NCBI GenBank assembly: GCA_964394535.1
Contig: CAYMYD010000001.1
Span: 1 to 43,064 of the forward strand
Reading direction: 5' to 3'
From: an uncultured Propionivibrio sp.
Lineage (GTDB): Bacteria > Pseudomonadota > Gammaproteobacteria > Burkholderiales > Rhodocyclaceae
Length of the DNA: 43,064 nt
The translations under genes were made by a program, and so were the position numbers. Below are positions 26,924 to 35,226 of the stretch, piece by piece; position 1 is the first letter of the stretch, and each line of letters starts with the position of its first letter. The notes below the pieces were generated by a model. The model did no database searches. It saw nothing but the letters and a program-made list of their open reading frames with translations, and was not told where the DNA came from.

Positions 26924-27175
26924 ATGCCGACCAAAGCCAAAGTAAAAGCGCCAAAGCTTTTTCTGCAGAGCGGTGAGCAAGCGGCAGTTCTGCGTAAAAA
27001 ACTTGGTTGCAACCAGTCGGATTTCTGGAGCCGCATCAAAGTGACGCAGTCGGGTGGTTCTCGTTACGAATCCGGGCGCAAGCTGCCTCGTCCGGTTCAG
27101 TTACTCCTGCACCTGGCCTATGCGCCTGAAGCCCAGGCTCAGGCGCTGCTGACCTTTCTGCGCGAATCCGAATAG
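26924..27175 (+). CDS. Small XRE/Cro-type HTH DNA-binding protein, RsaL-like
   Basis: 83 aa; LRKKLGCNQSDFWSRIKVTQSGGSRYESGRKLPRPVQLLL; AAGGAG RBS. Confidence 0.85.
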   Translation: MPTKAKVKAPKLFLQSGEQAAVLRKKLGCNQSDFWSRIKVTQSGGSRYESGRKLPRPVQLLLHLAYAPEAQAQALLTFLRESE

Positions 27176-27201
27176 AAGCTTAGTGCCCTGCAAGAAACCA
27201 T

Positions 27202-27239
27202 AAAGCCCGGGTTGTCCGTTTTGGATGACTCGGGTTTTT
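27202..27239 (+). terminator. Probable intrinsic terminator
   Basis: AAAGCCCGGGTTGTCC / GGATGACTCGGGTTTT stem with several G-U pairs and T-run. Confidence 0.6.
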
Positions 27240-27287
27240 ACCATGAACTCAGAGGCTTGAGGCCAACCGGGGCGATACCGCGCGAAG

Positions 27288-28640
27288 TTAGTGCAGGAAG
27301 CGGGTTGCAGATTCTAGGTCGGAATAGATCTTGCTCTTGTAGAGCGCCGAGACAAATTTCTGCCAGATGATATCCGGCTCTCCCAGGCTGAAGCCATAGA
27401 ACCCGTTCTGACCATAGTCGTGGGCGCGCAATGCCTGTGAGCGGACGTGGGAGGTATCCGAACTCCCCAGCTTGATGGTCGTGTCGAACCAGGTGTTCAA
27501 GGGCAGGTTTTTGTCCGAGCGTGCCCGGAAACCGTAACGCGAGACCTCAACCACCAGGATGGGAATTTCCTCCTTGCCGTCGGGCGTGGTGAACGCCACC
27601 TGCGCCGGACACTTCACGGAAAAGCGCGGGTGGCTCCGGGTGGGGGCAGCACCTTCCTGATTGTCTTCCACGGCAGGCAGTACAGCCCGATAGTCCGGTA
27701 AGTCATAAGTCGTCTGGAGCAATGCCTTTTTGCGCGGACTCAGGTTCTTGAAGGTATTTGTTCTTACGTTGAAAAAGTAGTCGATCAGCTCGGGGGACAA
27801 TACCGGGTCATTGGTGGTAAAGAAGCGCCGCCTCGGGAACTGGATATTGGGCAGCTTGGACTTCATGAAATAGGTATAAAGGTTCTGGCGAGCCGGTTTC
27901 GAAGCATAGTGTTTGCGGAAAAGCTCCGGTGCCTCCCTGAGATCGAGCGTCGCGCCGACAGCCGGGGCGCCATTGACGAAGTCATAGCTTTCCACGACAT
28001 TTGCCGTGAGCCGCGTAAAGCACAACAGCGATTCGTACATTTCGATATGCCGCGGGTTGACCGCGATGACCAGATGGCGGGTGTCGAAACAGGTGGTGCA
28101 ATACTCGTACATGAACTTGATCAGCGGAAACAGGATGCTGCCGCCGGTTCTGCGGAAGTTGCGATGTATCGCCAGTGCCGAAACCTCGGCAATCTGTCCC
28201 TCCTTGATGCGGACAGCGCTCAGGTCGAAGATTCTTTGCAGCGGGATGCCGAGCGCGCTCTCCCGGATCAGCGAAACGGTGCCGACCACCTTGCCGTCAT
28301 ATTTGGCGCACAGGGTCGTCGTTGTCGGCAGGGCGTGATAGATCGTTACCCGCAGGCCGGACGGGTCAGGTGTCATGAAGCCGCTTTCAACATAGGCATT
28401 ATGCAGCAATGAAAAGCAGGCTTCGAGTTCTTCTTTCGTTTCCGCCAGCTTCAGCACCAGATGCTCGTTGGGTTTCGGGTTGCAATCCACCATCGAGCGG
28501 ATGATCTTGAAACGCTGCTTGCGAGGCAGGTGCGAGACGACCCACTTGGCGAACTGACGCCACTGTTTTCGCGCCGCAGAGTGAATTTTTTTGAACATGT
28601 CGCGGACCACCTGAACGGAATATTTTCCGTCACCATACAC
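27288..28640 (-). CDS. FeeM/NasY-like N-acyl amino acid synthase (GNAT fold) fused to a C-terminal PilZ-like domain
   Basis: LLHNAYVESGF, VVGTVSLI, AEVSALA, LVIAVNPRHIEMY, VNGAPAV motifs typical of N-acyl amino acid synthases; C-terminal RSHPRF and EVSRYG; start may be ATG 28598. Confidence 0.72.
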   Translation of the reverse strand: MYGDGKYSVQVVRDMFKKIHSAARKQWRQFAKWVVSHLPRKQRFKIIRSMVDCNPKPNEHLVLKLAETKEELEACFSLLHNAYVESGFMTPDPSGLRVTIYHALPTTTTLCAKYDGKVVGTVSLIRESALGIPLQRIFDLSAVRIKEGQIAEVSALAIHRNFRRTGGSILFPLIKFMYEYCTTCFDTRHLVIAVNPRHIEMYESLLCFTRLTANVVESYDFVNGAPAVGATLDLREAPELFRKHYASKPARQNLYTYFMKSKLPNIQFPRRRFFTTNDPVLSPELIDYFFNVRTNTFKNLSPRKKALLQTTYDLPDYRAVLPAVEDNQEGAAPTRSHPRFSVKCPAQVAFTTPDGKEEIPILVVEVSRYGFRARSDKNLPLNTWFDTTIKLGSSDTSHVRSQALRAHDYGQNGFYGFSLGEPDIIWQKFVSALYKSKIYSDLESATRFLH

Positions 28641-28750
28641 ACATGCAAAAGCAAAGTGAAGCGCTGTCCGGGTTCCGGCAACTCATGCACCATGCCGGAA
28701 TTGCCCGAGCCGGGCCTGTACGGGGCAGGCCACGATGTCGGGCCAGGGGG

Positions 28751-29548
28751 TCAGTCGAGCTTCTTCAGATAATCCTTGGTAAAAATTTTGTCAGGCAAAT
28801 CACGCAGTTTCATGCTGTTGTAGTCAAGAACCGATTGCTCGCCGCTACGCATGGCGTCATCCATGACCAGACGGGTCGGGCGGATACGGCCTTCCATCTT
28901 CTGATAGTTTTCGTATTTGCAGGTTTTCAGCAGGCGGTTGGAAAGCGAATAGAACTCGGCCTTGTGCGGCCAGTTGTCCTTCTGGTTGACCCAGTAGATG
29001 ACCTTCTGATAGGTAACGCCACGATCGACGGCGTTGAGTTCCAGGACATGGTAGGTTTCCGAGCCGATGGTTTCGCTGCGCAGCAGTTTCGGATTGTAGT
29101 CACCGGCGAAGTTGGCGCGTGCCAGGTCGCCGTTGGCCACCTGTCCGGTCAGACGCTGCGACAGGGCGATGCGGATCGGTTGCGATACGTCGGGCATGAA
29201 GATCCACAGATCACGGCCTTTCATCAGGATGATCTGGCCGCGTTCGGAAGCCGGTTCGGTGACCATGACCACCGTATTGCTGTTGCCTTTTGACAGTACC
29301 CGATATTTCCGGCCTTCAGGCTCCTGGCCGGATTTGGTGGTCACGATACTGATGTCAACCTGGAAGCCTTCGGCAGGGAAGCGGACCAGGTCAGCCTTTT
29401 CGACAATCGAGCGGGCGAGGGCATCGTCGGCTGGTGCCTGTGGCTGGGCTTCCTGTGCCCTGACGGAAAGGGGAAAAAGCAACAGTAAAAGGGACGCTGC
29501 AGCCACGACAGCCTTGACACTTCGATGCTTCATCGTCATGATTTCCAA
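28751..29548 (-). CDS. LolA-like outer-membrane lipoprotein-sorting family periplasmic protein
   Basis: Signal peptide; EPASERG, LWIFMP, QRLTGQVANGDL, TYQKVIYWV, KAEFYSLSNRLLK, LPDKIFTKDYL; AAGGAGG precedes TTG 29548 (ATG 29539 and 29533 are alternatives). Confidence 0.8.
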   Translation of the reverse strand: MEIMTMKHRSVKAVVAAASLLLLLFPLSVRAQEAQPQAPADDALARSIVEKADLVRFPAEGFQVDISIVTTKSGQEPEGRKYRVLSKGNSNTVVMVTEPASERGQIILMKGRDLWIFMPDVSQPIRIALSQRLTGQVANGDLARANFAGDYNPKLLRSETIGSETYHVLELNAVDRGVTYQKVIYWVNQKDNWPHKAEFYSLSNRLLKTCKYENYQKMEGRIRPTRLVMDDAMRSGEQSVLDYNSMKLRDLPDKIFTKDYLKKLD

Positions 29549-29595
29549 AGTTTTCCTCCTTCATGCTTGGCCTTGAAAAGGCAGAAAGTTACCTG

Positions 29596-30342
29596 ATGAG
29601 TGTTGTTCGCATTGAACACGTGACCAAGGATTACCAACTCGGTGATCAGAAGGTCCGGGCGCTGAAAGATGTTACCTTGTCCTTCGAGCCCGGTGTGTTT
29701 CTTGCGATCGCCGGCCCTTCGGGCAGCGGCAAGTCGACGCTACTGAATCTTATCGGATGCATCGACAATCCGACAAGCGGAAAAATTTATATCAATGAGC
29801 GTGATGTCAGCGACAAGACGCCGGATCAGCTCGCCGATTTGAGAAATCGCTCGATCGGCTTCATTTTTCAGACCTTCAACCTGTTGCCGGTACTTTCTGC
29901 TGCCGAGAATGTCGAGTATCCGCTGTTGCAGCGCCGCGACGTTTCGGAGGCTGAGCGCAACAAGCGGGTGAATTATTTTCTGGATATCGTCGGGCTGTCG
30001 AAGTTTGCCAGCCACCGGCCCAATCAGCTGAGTGGCGGGCAGCGGCAGCGTGTGGCGATTGCCCGGGCGCTGGCGATTCGTCCATCCATCGTTCTGGCCG
30101 ATGAGCCGACGGCCAACCTCGACCACAAGACCGGCGAGGAAATCCTCAAGCTGATGAAGCAGATCAATCGCGCCTTCAATACGACCTTCATTTTTTCCAC
30201 CCATGACAAGCGCGTGATCGCCAAGGCCGACCGACTGGTACGTATCGAGGATGGTGAAATCACCACCCTGGGCGTCCGACGCGAGGACAAATGGTCTTTG
30301 GCGCGTCATCAGCCACCGCCACTGCAACCGGCGGCGGAATAA
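29596..30342 (+). CDS. ABC transporter ATP-binding protein (LolD/MacB-like)
   Basis: GPSGSGKST, IGFIFQTFNLLP, LSGGQRQR, LADEPTANLD, STHD. Confidence 0.93.
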   Translation: MSVVRIEHVTKDYQLGDQKVRALKDVTLSFEPGVFLAIAGPSGSGKSTLLNLIGCIDNPTSGKIYINERDVSDKTPDQLADLRNRSIGFIFQTFNLLPVLSAAENVEYPLLQRRDVSEAERNKRVNYFLDIVGLSKFASHRPNQLSGGQRQRVAIARALAIRPSIVLADEPTANLDHKTGEEILKLMKQINRAFNTTFIFSTHDKRVIAKADRLVRIEDGEITTLGVRREDKWSLARHQPPPLQPAAE

Positions 30343-30368
30343 ACCTTTCATCATCAGGAATAACAATC

Positions 30369-31901
30369 ATGCGACTGTGTACAAAAACAAAATCCGCGCC
30401 TTTTGTTCCGCAACTTGCCGTACTCGCGCTGGCGTTGTGCATGATGACGCCGGTGCAGGCGGCAGGACGGGATGCCCTGTTCGGCCTCGACGAGGATTCA
30501 CCCAAGGCGGCAGCAAAGGAAAAGTCCCCGGCGAAACCGGCGGGTGGGCGCGATGCCCTGTTCGGTCTTGACGAGGATTCACCCAAGGCGGCAAAGGAAG
30601 ATTCTCCGGTAAAACCGGCGGGCGGGCGTGACGCCCTGTTCGGCCTTGATGATGACAAGTCTGCCGGGAAGAGTGCGGCCAAGCCCGCTGCCGAAGGCGG
30701 TGGCATCCGTGGTTTCCTGCAGTTTGAACTGGCACGTGCGACCGAGTCGCCGAAACACTGGACGAAAATGCTGACCCGTGCCGATCTTTCCTCGCAGGGC
30801 AATCTGGGTGGCGGCATCAAATGGAAGCTCGGAGCGCGTGTCGACTACGACGCCGCCTATGATTACAAGGATTACTATCCGGGCAAGGTGGAGCGTGACC
30901 AGCGTTTCAACGTCAGCCTGCGTGAAAATTACATCGACATTGCTGCTGGCGATTGGGATTACCGCCTTGGCAAGCAGCACGTCGTCTGGGGCGAGATGGT
31001 CGGGATGTTCTTTGCCGACGTCGTTTCAGCGCGGGACATGCACGAATTCATTCTGCCCGAATTCGATACCATGCGCATTCCGCAGTGGGCCGCGCGCGCC
31101 GAATATTTCAAGGACGATTTCCACGCCGAATTTCTGTGGGTTCCCGTGGCGAGTTACGACCGTATCGGCAAGCCTGGTGCCGAGTTCTATCCCTACCAGC
31201 CGGTGCCGGCGGGCATGAACGTGATCTACCGCAATGAGGATCGTCCGGCGCGTAACCTGAAAAACTCCAATTACGGCCTGCGCCTGTCGACCCTGCAGAA
31301 TGGCTGGGATCTATCCGCTTTTGCCTATCGCAGCATGGACGTCGCGGCCACCTTTTACCGCGATTTGACCAGCATTCCCGGCACGGTCATCTATCGTGCC
31401 GAGCATGATCGCATCAGCCAGTTTGGCGGAACGCTGGGCAAGGATTTCGGCGATGTGGTGTTGAAGAGCGAGGCGGTTTATACCCGTGGTCGCCAGTACA
31501 CCGTGTTGCGTGCGAGCGATCCCAACGGCGTGGTGCCGCAAAATACCCTTGACTGGGCCGTGGGCCTGGATTTCACCCTGCCGGCCGATACGCGCTTCAA
31601 CGTCCAGTTCATTCAGCGCGTTTATTTCTCGCACGATGCCGACCTGATCTCCGACCGGCGTGAGGATGCCTACAGCCTGCTGCTCAATCACAAGCTGACC
31701 GACAAGCTGGAAGCGCAGGCGCTGCTGATCTCCAGCCTGAACCGGACGGATTGGCTGTTCCGCCCGAAAGTGAGCTGGGGCTTCGAGAAGAACTGGCGTC
31801 TGGTGGTCGGTGCCGACATCTTCAAGGGCGGACCGCTGGGACTGTTCGGACGCTATGACGGACAGGATCGGGTTTATTCGGAAGTCCGTTACAGCTTCTG
31901 A
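30369..31901 (+). CDS. Outer-membrane beta-barrel protein (DUF1302-like) with N-terminal tandem repeats
   Basis: Signal peptide; LRENYID, RLGKQHVVWG, alternating beta-strand pattern, C-terminal YSF. Confidence 0.75.
   Translation: MRLCTKTKSAPFVPQLAVLALALCMMTPVQAAGRDALFGLDEDSPKAAAKEKSPAKPAGGRDALFGLDEDSPKAAKEDSPVKPAGGRDALFGLDDDKSAGKSAAKPAAEGGGIRGFLQFELARATESPKHWTKMLTRADLSSQGNLGGGIKWKLGARVDYDAAYDYKDYYPGKVERDQRFNVSLRENYIDIAAGDWDYRLGKQHVVWGEMVGMFFADVVSARDMHEFILPEFDTMRIPQWAARAEYFKDDFHAEFLWVPVASYDRIGKPGAEFYPYQPVPAGMNVIYRNEDRPARNLKNSNYGLRLSTLQNGWDLSAFAYRSMDVAATFYRDLTSIPGTVIYRAEHDRISQFGGTLGKDFGDVVLKSEAVYTRGRQYTVLRASDPNGVVPQNTLDWAVGLDFTLPADTRFNVQFIQRVYFSHDADLISDRREDAYSLLLNHKLTDKLEAQALLISSLNRTDWLFRPKVSWGFEKNWRLVVGADIFKGGPLGLFGRYDGQDRVYSEVRYSF
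30459..30690 (+). repeat. Three tandem 78-81-bp coding repeats (AGGRDALFGLDED...KP)
   Basis: DALFGLD codons start at 30471, 30552 and 30630. Confidence 0.92.
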
Positions 31902-31911
31902 TCCACCCTGC

Positions 31912-31949
31912 AAAAAAAGCCCGCCGTGGATGACGGCGGGCTTTTTTTT
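31912..31949. terminator. Bidirectional intrinsic terminator between convergent genes
   Basis: A7-GCCCGCCGT-GGATG-ACGGCGGGC-T8. Confidence 0.92.
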
Positions 31950-31958
31950 GTGCCTTGT

Positions 31959-33035
31959 TCAGGGGGCAGTGGGGATCAGCAGATCGCTCAATGACTTGCG
32001 GATCGATCGGGCCCATGGCGGTTTGCTTTCGCCAACACGGCAGAAGAAAGCGAAGTGGGTATCCGGTGAGGCTCCGGCGAGTTGTTCAAAGCGTTCGGTG
32101 AGCTTTTCCGCCCGGACGGCAAGTTCCGGTACGGCGGAAAACTTCCGGCCGGAGCGACTGTACCATCGGAAGATGATCGGTGTCATGGCTGGCTGGAGGT
32201 GCAGGCCGACCCGTGTGGCTGTCAGCCACAGTCGTTGCAGGGCCGCGCCGGCCTGCAGATAGGCGCTCAGTCCGTCGGGCTTCTCCCTGGCGATGAGCAG
32301 GAGATGCGCGGCGCAGGCGATGCCCGGCAGGAAATCCATCTGGATACGCGGTGCGATGGTGGCGCCCATGTAGCGGTTCAGGAAGTTCATGCGCTCCCAG
32401 CTTTTCATTGCCCAAGGCATGATCTTCACCGTCATCGGGTCGGCGCCGGTGGCCTGATCCGGGATGCGGTCGACGCTGTAACGGACATTCCACTCGATGA
32501 TCTCGTAATGCACCGGGAACGCTTCCGGGCAGGTCAGGCGGATGTAGGCGTTATCCCAGAGCAGCCCGGCGACCGACAGGCGTTCCTGAAAGCTGCTGAA
32601 GACGCGTACCGTGAAGTTTTCGCTGACAGCGGCTTGCAGGGCTGCGCTTTGCTCCGGCGTGAGCGGCGTGGTGCGCATTGGCCGGCGCTGCACACAGCGT
32701 TTTTCGATACAGGCGACGAGCGGGTCTTCAGGCAGGTCGGCGGGTTCGAACTGGACGTCATAGATCGGTGCGCTGTCGGTGCAGCCATCGCGGATGCACC
32801 AGCGGGCGCACAGGCCGAAACGGGTTGCGGCCAGGCGCAGCGTTTCGAGCAGGGCGCCGTGCGACATGTGACTGGCATGACCGTCGAGGTCGTAGAGGAC
32901 ATGCTCGCGCGTATCGTAGCCATGGATGGCGATGCGTTTGTCGTCAAGAATTTCGAAACGCCAGGGTTGCGTGTTGTCGCCGCTGGGCGACCAGCGGGCA
33001 AGGTCGAGGATGTTGCTCAGGGTTTCACGGTTCAT
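31959..33035 (-). CDS. Nitroreductase-superfamily (FMN-dependent, tandem-domain) oxidoreductase
   Basis: ARWSPSGDNTQPW, HGALLETLRLAA, RCVQRRP, AGAALQRLWLTATRVGLHLQP, FCRVG. Confidence 0.8.
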   Translation of the reverse strand: MNRETLSNILDLARWSPSGDNTQPWRFEILDDKRIAIHGYDTREHVLYDLDGHASHMSHGALLETLRLAATRFGLCARWCIRDGCTDSAPIYDVQFEPADLPEDPLVACIEKRCVQRRPMRTTPLTPEQSAALQAAVSENFTVRVFSSFQERLSVAGLLWDNAYIRLTCPEAFPVHYEIIEWNVRYSVDRIPDQATGADPMTVKIMPWAMKSWERMNFLNRYMGATIAPRIQMDFLPGIACAAHLLLIAREKPDGLSAYLQAGAALQRLWLTATRVGLHLQPAMTPIIFRWYSRSGRKFSAVPELAVRAEKLTERFEQLAGASPDTHFAFFCRVGESKPPWARSIRKSLSDLLIPTAP

Positions 33036-33045
33036 GGGGTACTCG

Positions 33046-33924
33046 TCACGGTGCGGGGGCAGGGCGGCGGCCCAGTTGGGATTTGACCAGGTAGACCATC
33101 AGGCGTTGCAGGGGGTTGCGATAGCCCCAGGGGCGCCAGGTTTTGATCAGGCGCATGGTGTAGCCGTCGAACTGGGTTGACCACGGCGCCAGTTTGACGT
33201 CGCCCCGCCCGAGCAGCAGTTTGAAGGTTTCGCAGGCAGTCACCCCGGCGCACAACTGGCAGGCGGCGATCGAGGACGGCCCCTTGTGCTCGGCCAGATT
33301 GACGCGCGACGCGTCGGCCAGATAGCCGCGCTGGAGCATCGCCGGGGAGAGACCAACGAGGAAGCGGATGGCCATTTCCAGTTCGCTCCTGCATTCGCCG
33401 AGACCGAAATAATCCTCGAAGGGCATGCCGCCGGGCGCGAAAGACAGGACGGCCGTCCCCAGGCCGAGGGGCGCGGCAGTGACCGCCGGAATGCCCTTGC
33501 GTTCGCAGGCGGCAAAGGTCATGCGGCGGGCGGCGAAGGCGAAGTAATCGAGCCCGTCGATGTAGATGTCGGCGTCCTTGAGGAAGTCGTCGACCGTATC
33601 GGGCTGAATGCCGGCGGGGAAGGTGCGCAGGTCGATTTCCGGGTTGATGTCCATGACCATCTTCGACATCACCTCGATTTTCGACTGATCCAGCGTGCTG
33701 ACCATGGCCCCGGCCTGGCGGTTGAAGTTGACGATGCTGAAAGCATCGAAGTCGGCAATGGTGAAGCGGCTGATGCCGAGGCGGGCCAGCGTCAGCAAAT
33801 GGACGCCGCCGACACCGCCCATGCCGCCGATGGCGACACGACTGTTTCTCAGCTTTTCCTGCTCGGCCTCGGTGACCCAGCCGATATTTCTGGAGAAAGC
33901 CTGTCCGTAATCGAATTCCTGCAT
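33046..33924 (-). CDS. ThiF/MoeB/E1-like adenylyltransferase
   Basis: FSRNIG, VAIGGMGGVGG, IADFDAFSIVNFNRQ, SKIEV, IDGLD, GPS; no CxxC zinc motifs or rhodanese domain. Confidence 0.9.
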   Translation of the reverse strand: MQEFDYGQAFSRNIGWVTEAEQEKLRNSRVAIGGMGGVGGVHLLTLARLGISRFTIADFDAFSIVNFNRQAGAMVSTLDQSKIEVMSKMVMDINPEIDLRTFPAGIQPDTVDDFLKDADIYIDGLDYFAFAARRMTFAACERKGIPAVTAAPLGLGTAVLSFAPGGMPFEDYFGLGECRSELEMAIRFLVGLSPAMLQRGYLADASRVNLAEHKGPSSIAACQLCAGVTACETFKLLLGRGDVKLAPWSTQFDGYTMRLIKTWRPWGYRNPLQRLMVYLVKSQLGRRPAPAP

Positions 33925-33996
33925 GATGAGCGTCTCCGCTAGGGTTTGTCGTATGATAATACCTTGAACACTGATCGGACAGAACCATTGGAGTCA

Positions 33997-35226
33997 ATGA
34001 AAAGCTTGCTTGCCGATTTTCGCCTGGCGATGCGCAACCTGATGCGCAACCGCTGGCGGACCTCTGTCGCGGTTCTGACGGTGGCTTTCGGCATTGTGGC
34101 GTTCCTGTTGGCAGGGGGCTTCATCACCTGGATTTTCCAGCAGATGCGCGAGGGGGCCATCCATTCGCAACTGGGACATATCCAGATCGTGCGGCCCGGG
34201 TATTTTGACAAGGGCATTGCCGATCCCTATTCCTTCCTGCTGCCCGAACAGTCGGCGGAGCAGTCCGGAATCGAGAAGATGTCAGGCTTTCAGAGCCTGG
34301 CACCACGCCTGTCATTCAGTGGCCTGATCAGTCATGATGACACCACCATCGCCTTCATCGGTGAAGGCATCGACCCGGTGCACGAAAAGCCGATCAGCAG
34401 CAGCGTGACCATTATGGCCGGCCAGGACCTCACCGACGCCAGGGAAAATGCCGTACTGCTCGGGCAGGGGCTGGCCAAGAGCCTCGGCGTCAAACCGGGC
34501 GATCAGGTCGTGCTGCTGGCCACGGCGGCCAATGGCAGCCCCAGCGCCGTGGAAGTGAAGATTGTCGGCACCTTCGCCACCATTTCCAAGGAATACGATG
34601 ACTCCGCACTGCGCCTGCCGATCCAGGTCACGCGCAAGCTGATGAAGGTCAAGGGATCGACCTCCTGGGTCGTCCTGCTCGACAAGACCGAAATGACCGA
34701 CGAAAAAGCCCGCTATCTGCGCGGCCAACTCCCCGCCGAAGGTTTCGAGATCATTCCCTGGAGTGCGTTGGCCGATTTCTACAACAAGACCGTCGAACTG
34801 TTTTCCAAGCAGGTGAACGTCGTCAAATTCATCATCGGCATAATCATCGTGCTGACCATCTCGAACACGCAGATGATGAGTGTGCTGGAACGCACCACCG
34901 AGATTGGCACCAGCCTGGCCATCGGCCTGCGGCGCAAGGCGCTGATGCGCATGTTCATTGCCGAAGGCGCGCTGATCGGCGTGGCAGGCGGCTTGCTGGG
35001 TGTCACCCTGGGCTATGTGCTGGGCGAGATCATCTCGGCGATCGGGATTCCGATGCCGCCGCCGCCGGGGATGGAGTCCGGCTATCTCGGACAGATCCTG
35101 ATCGTTCCCGGGCTGGCGATGGAAGCGCTGATCCTGGCCATTCTGACCACCTTCATCGCTGGCATCCTTCCGGCCTGGCGGGCCAGCAACATGATCATCG
35201 TCGACGCATTACGGCGGAACCAATGA
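33997..35226 (+). CDS. ABC transporter permease (FtsX/LolE/MacB-like)
   Basis: LAMRNLMRNRWR, GHIQI, LGQGLAKSLGVKPGD, SVLERTTEIG, PAWRAS; GGAG before ATG 33997. Confidence 0.9.
   Translation: MKSLLADFRLAMRNLMRNRWRTSVAVLTVAFGIVAFLLAGGFITWIFQQMREGAIHSQLGHIQIVRPGYFDKGIADPYSFLLPEQSAEQSGIEKMSGFQSLAPRLSFSGLISHDDTTIAFIGEGIDPVHEKPISSSVTIMAGQDLTDARENAVLLGQGLAKSLGVKPGDQVVLLATAANGSPSAVEVKIVGTFATISKEYDDSALRLPIQVTRKLMKVKGSTSWVVLLDKTEMTDEKARYLRGQLPAEGFEIIPWSALADFYNKTVELFSKQVNVVKFIIGIIIVLTISNTQMMSVLERTTEIGTSLAIGLRRKALMRMFIAEGALIGVAGGLLGVTLGYVLGEIISAIGIPMPPPPGMESGYLGQILIVPGLAMEALILAILTTFIAGILPAWRASNMIIVDALRRNQ

Noticed and set aside
31959..33924. RiPP (microcin C or azole-type) or molybdopterin/thiamine biosynthesis role for ThiF plus nitroreductase
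   Set aside because: No precursor peptide, YcaO, RRE extension or sulfur-carrier gene seen; the nearby N-acyltransferase fits better
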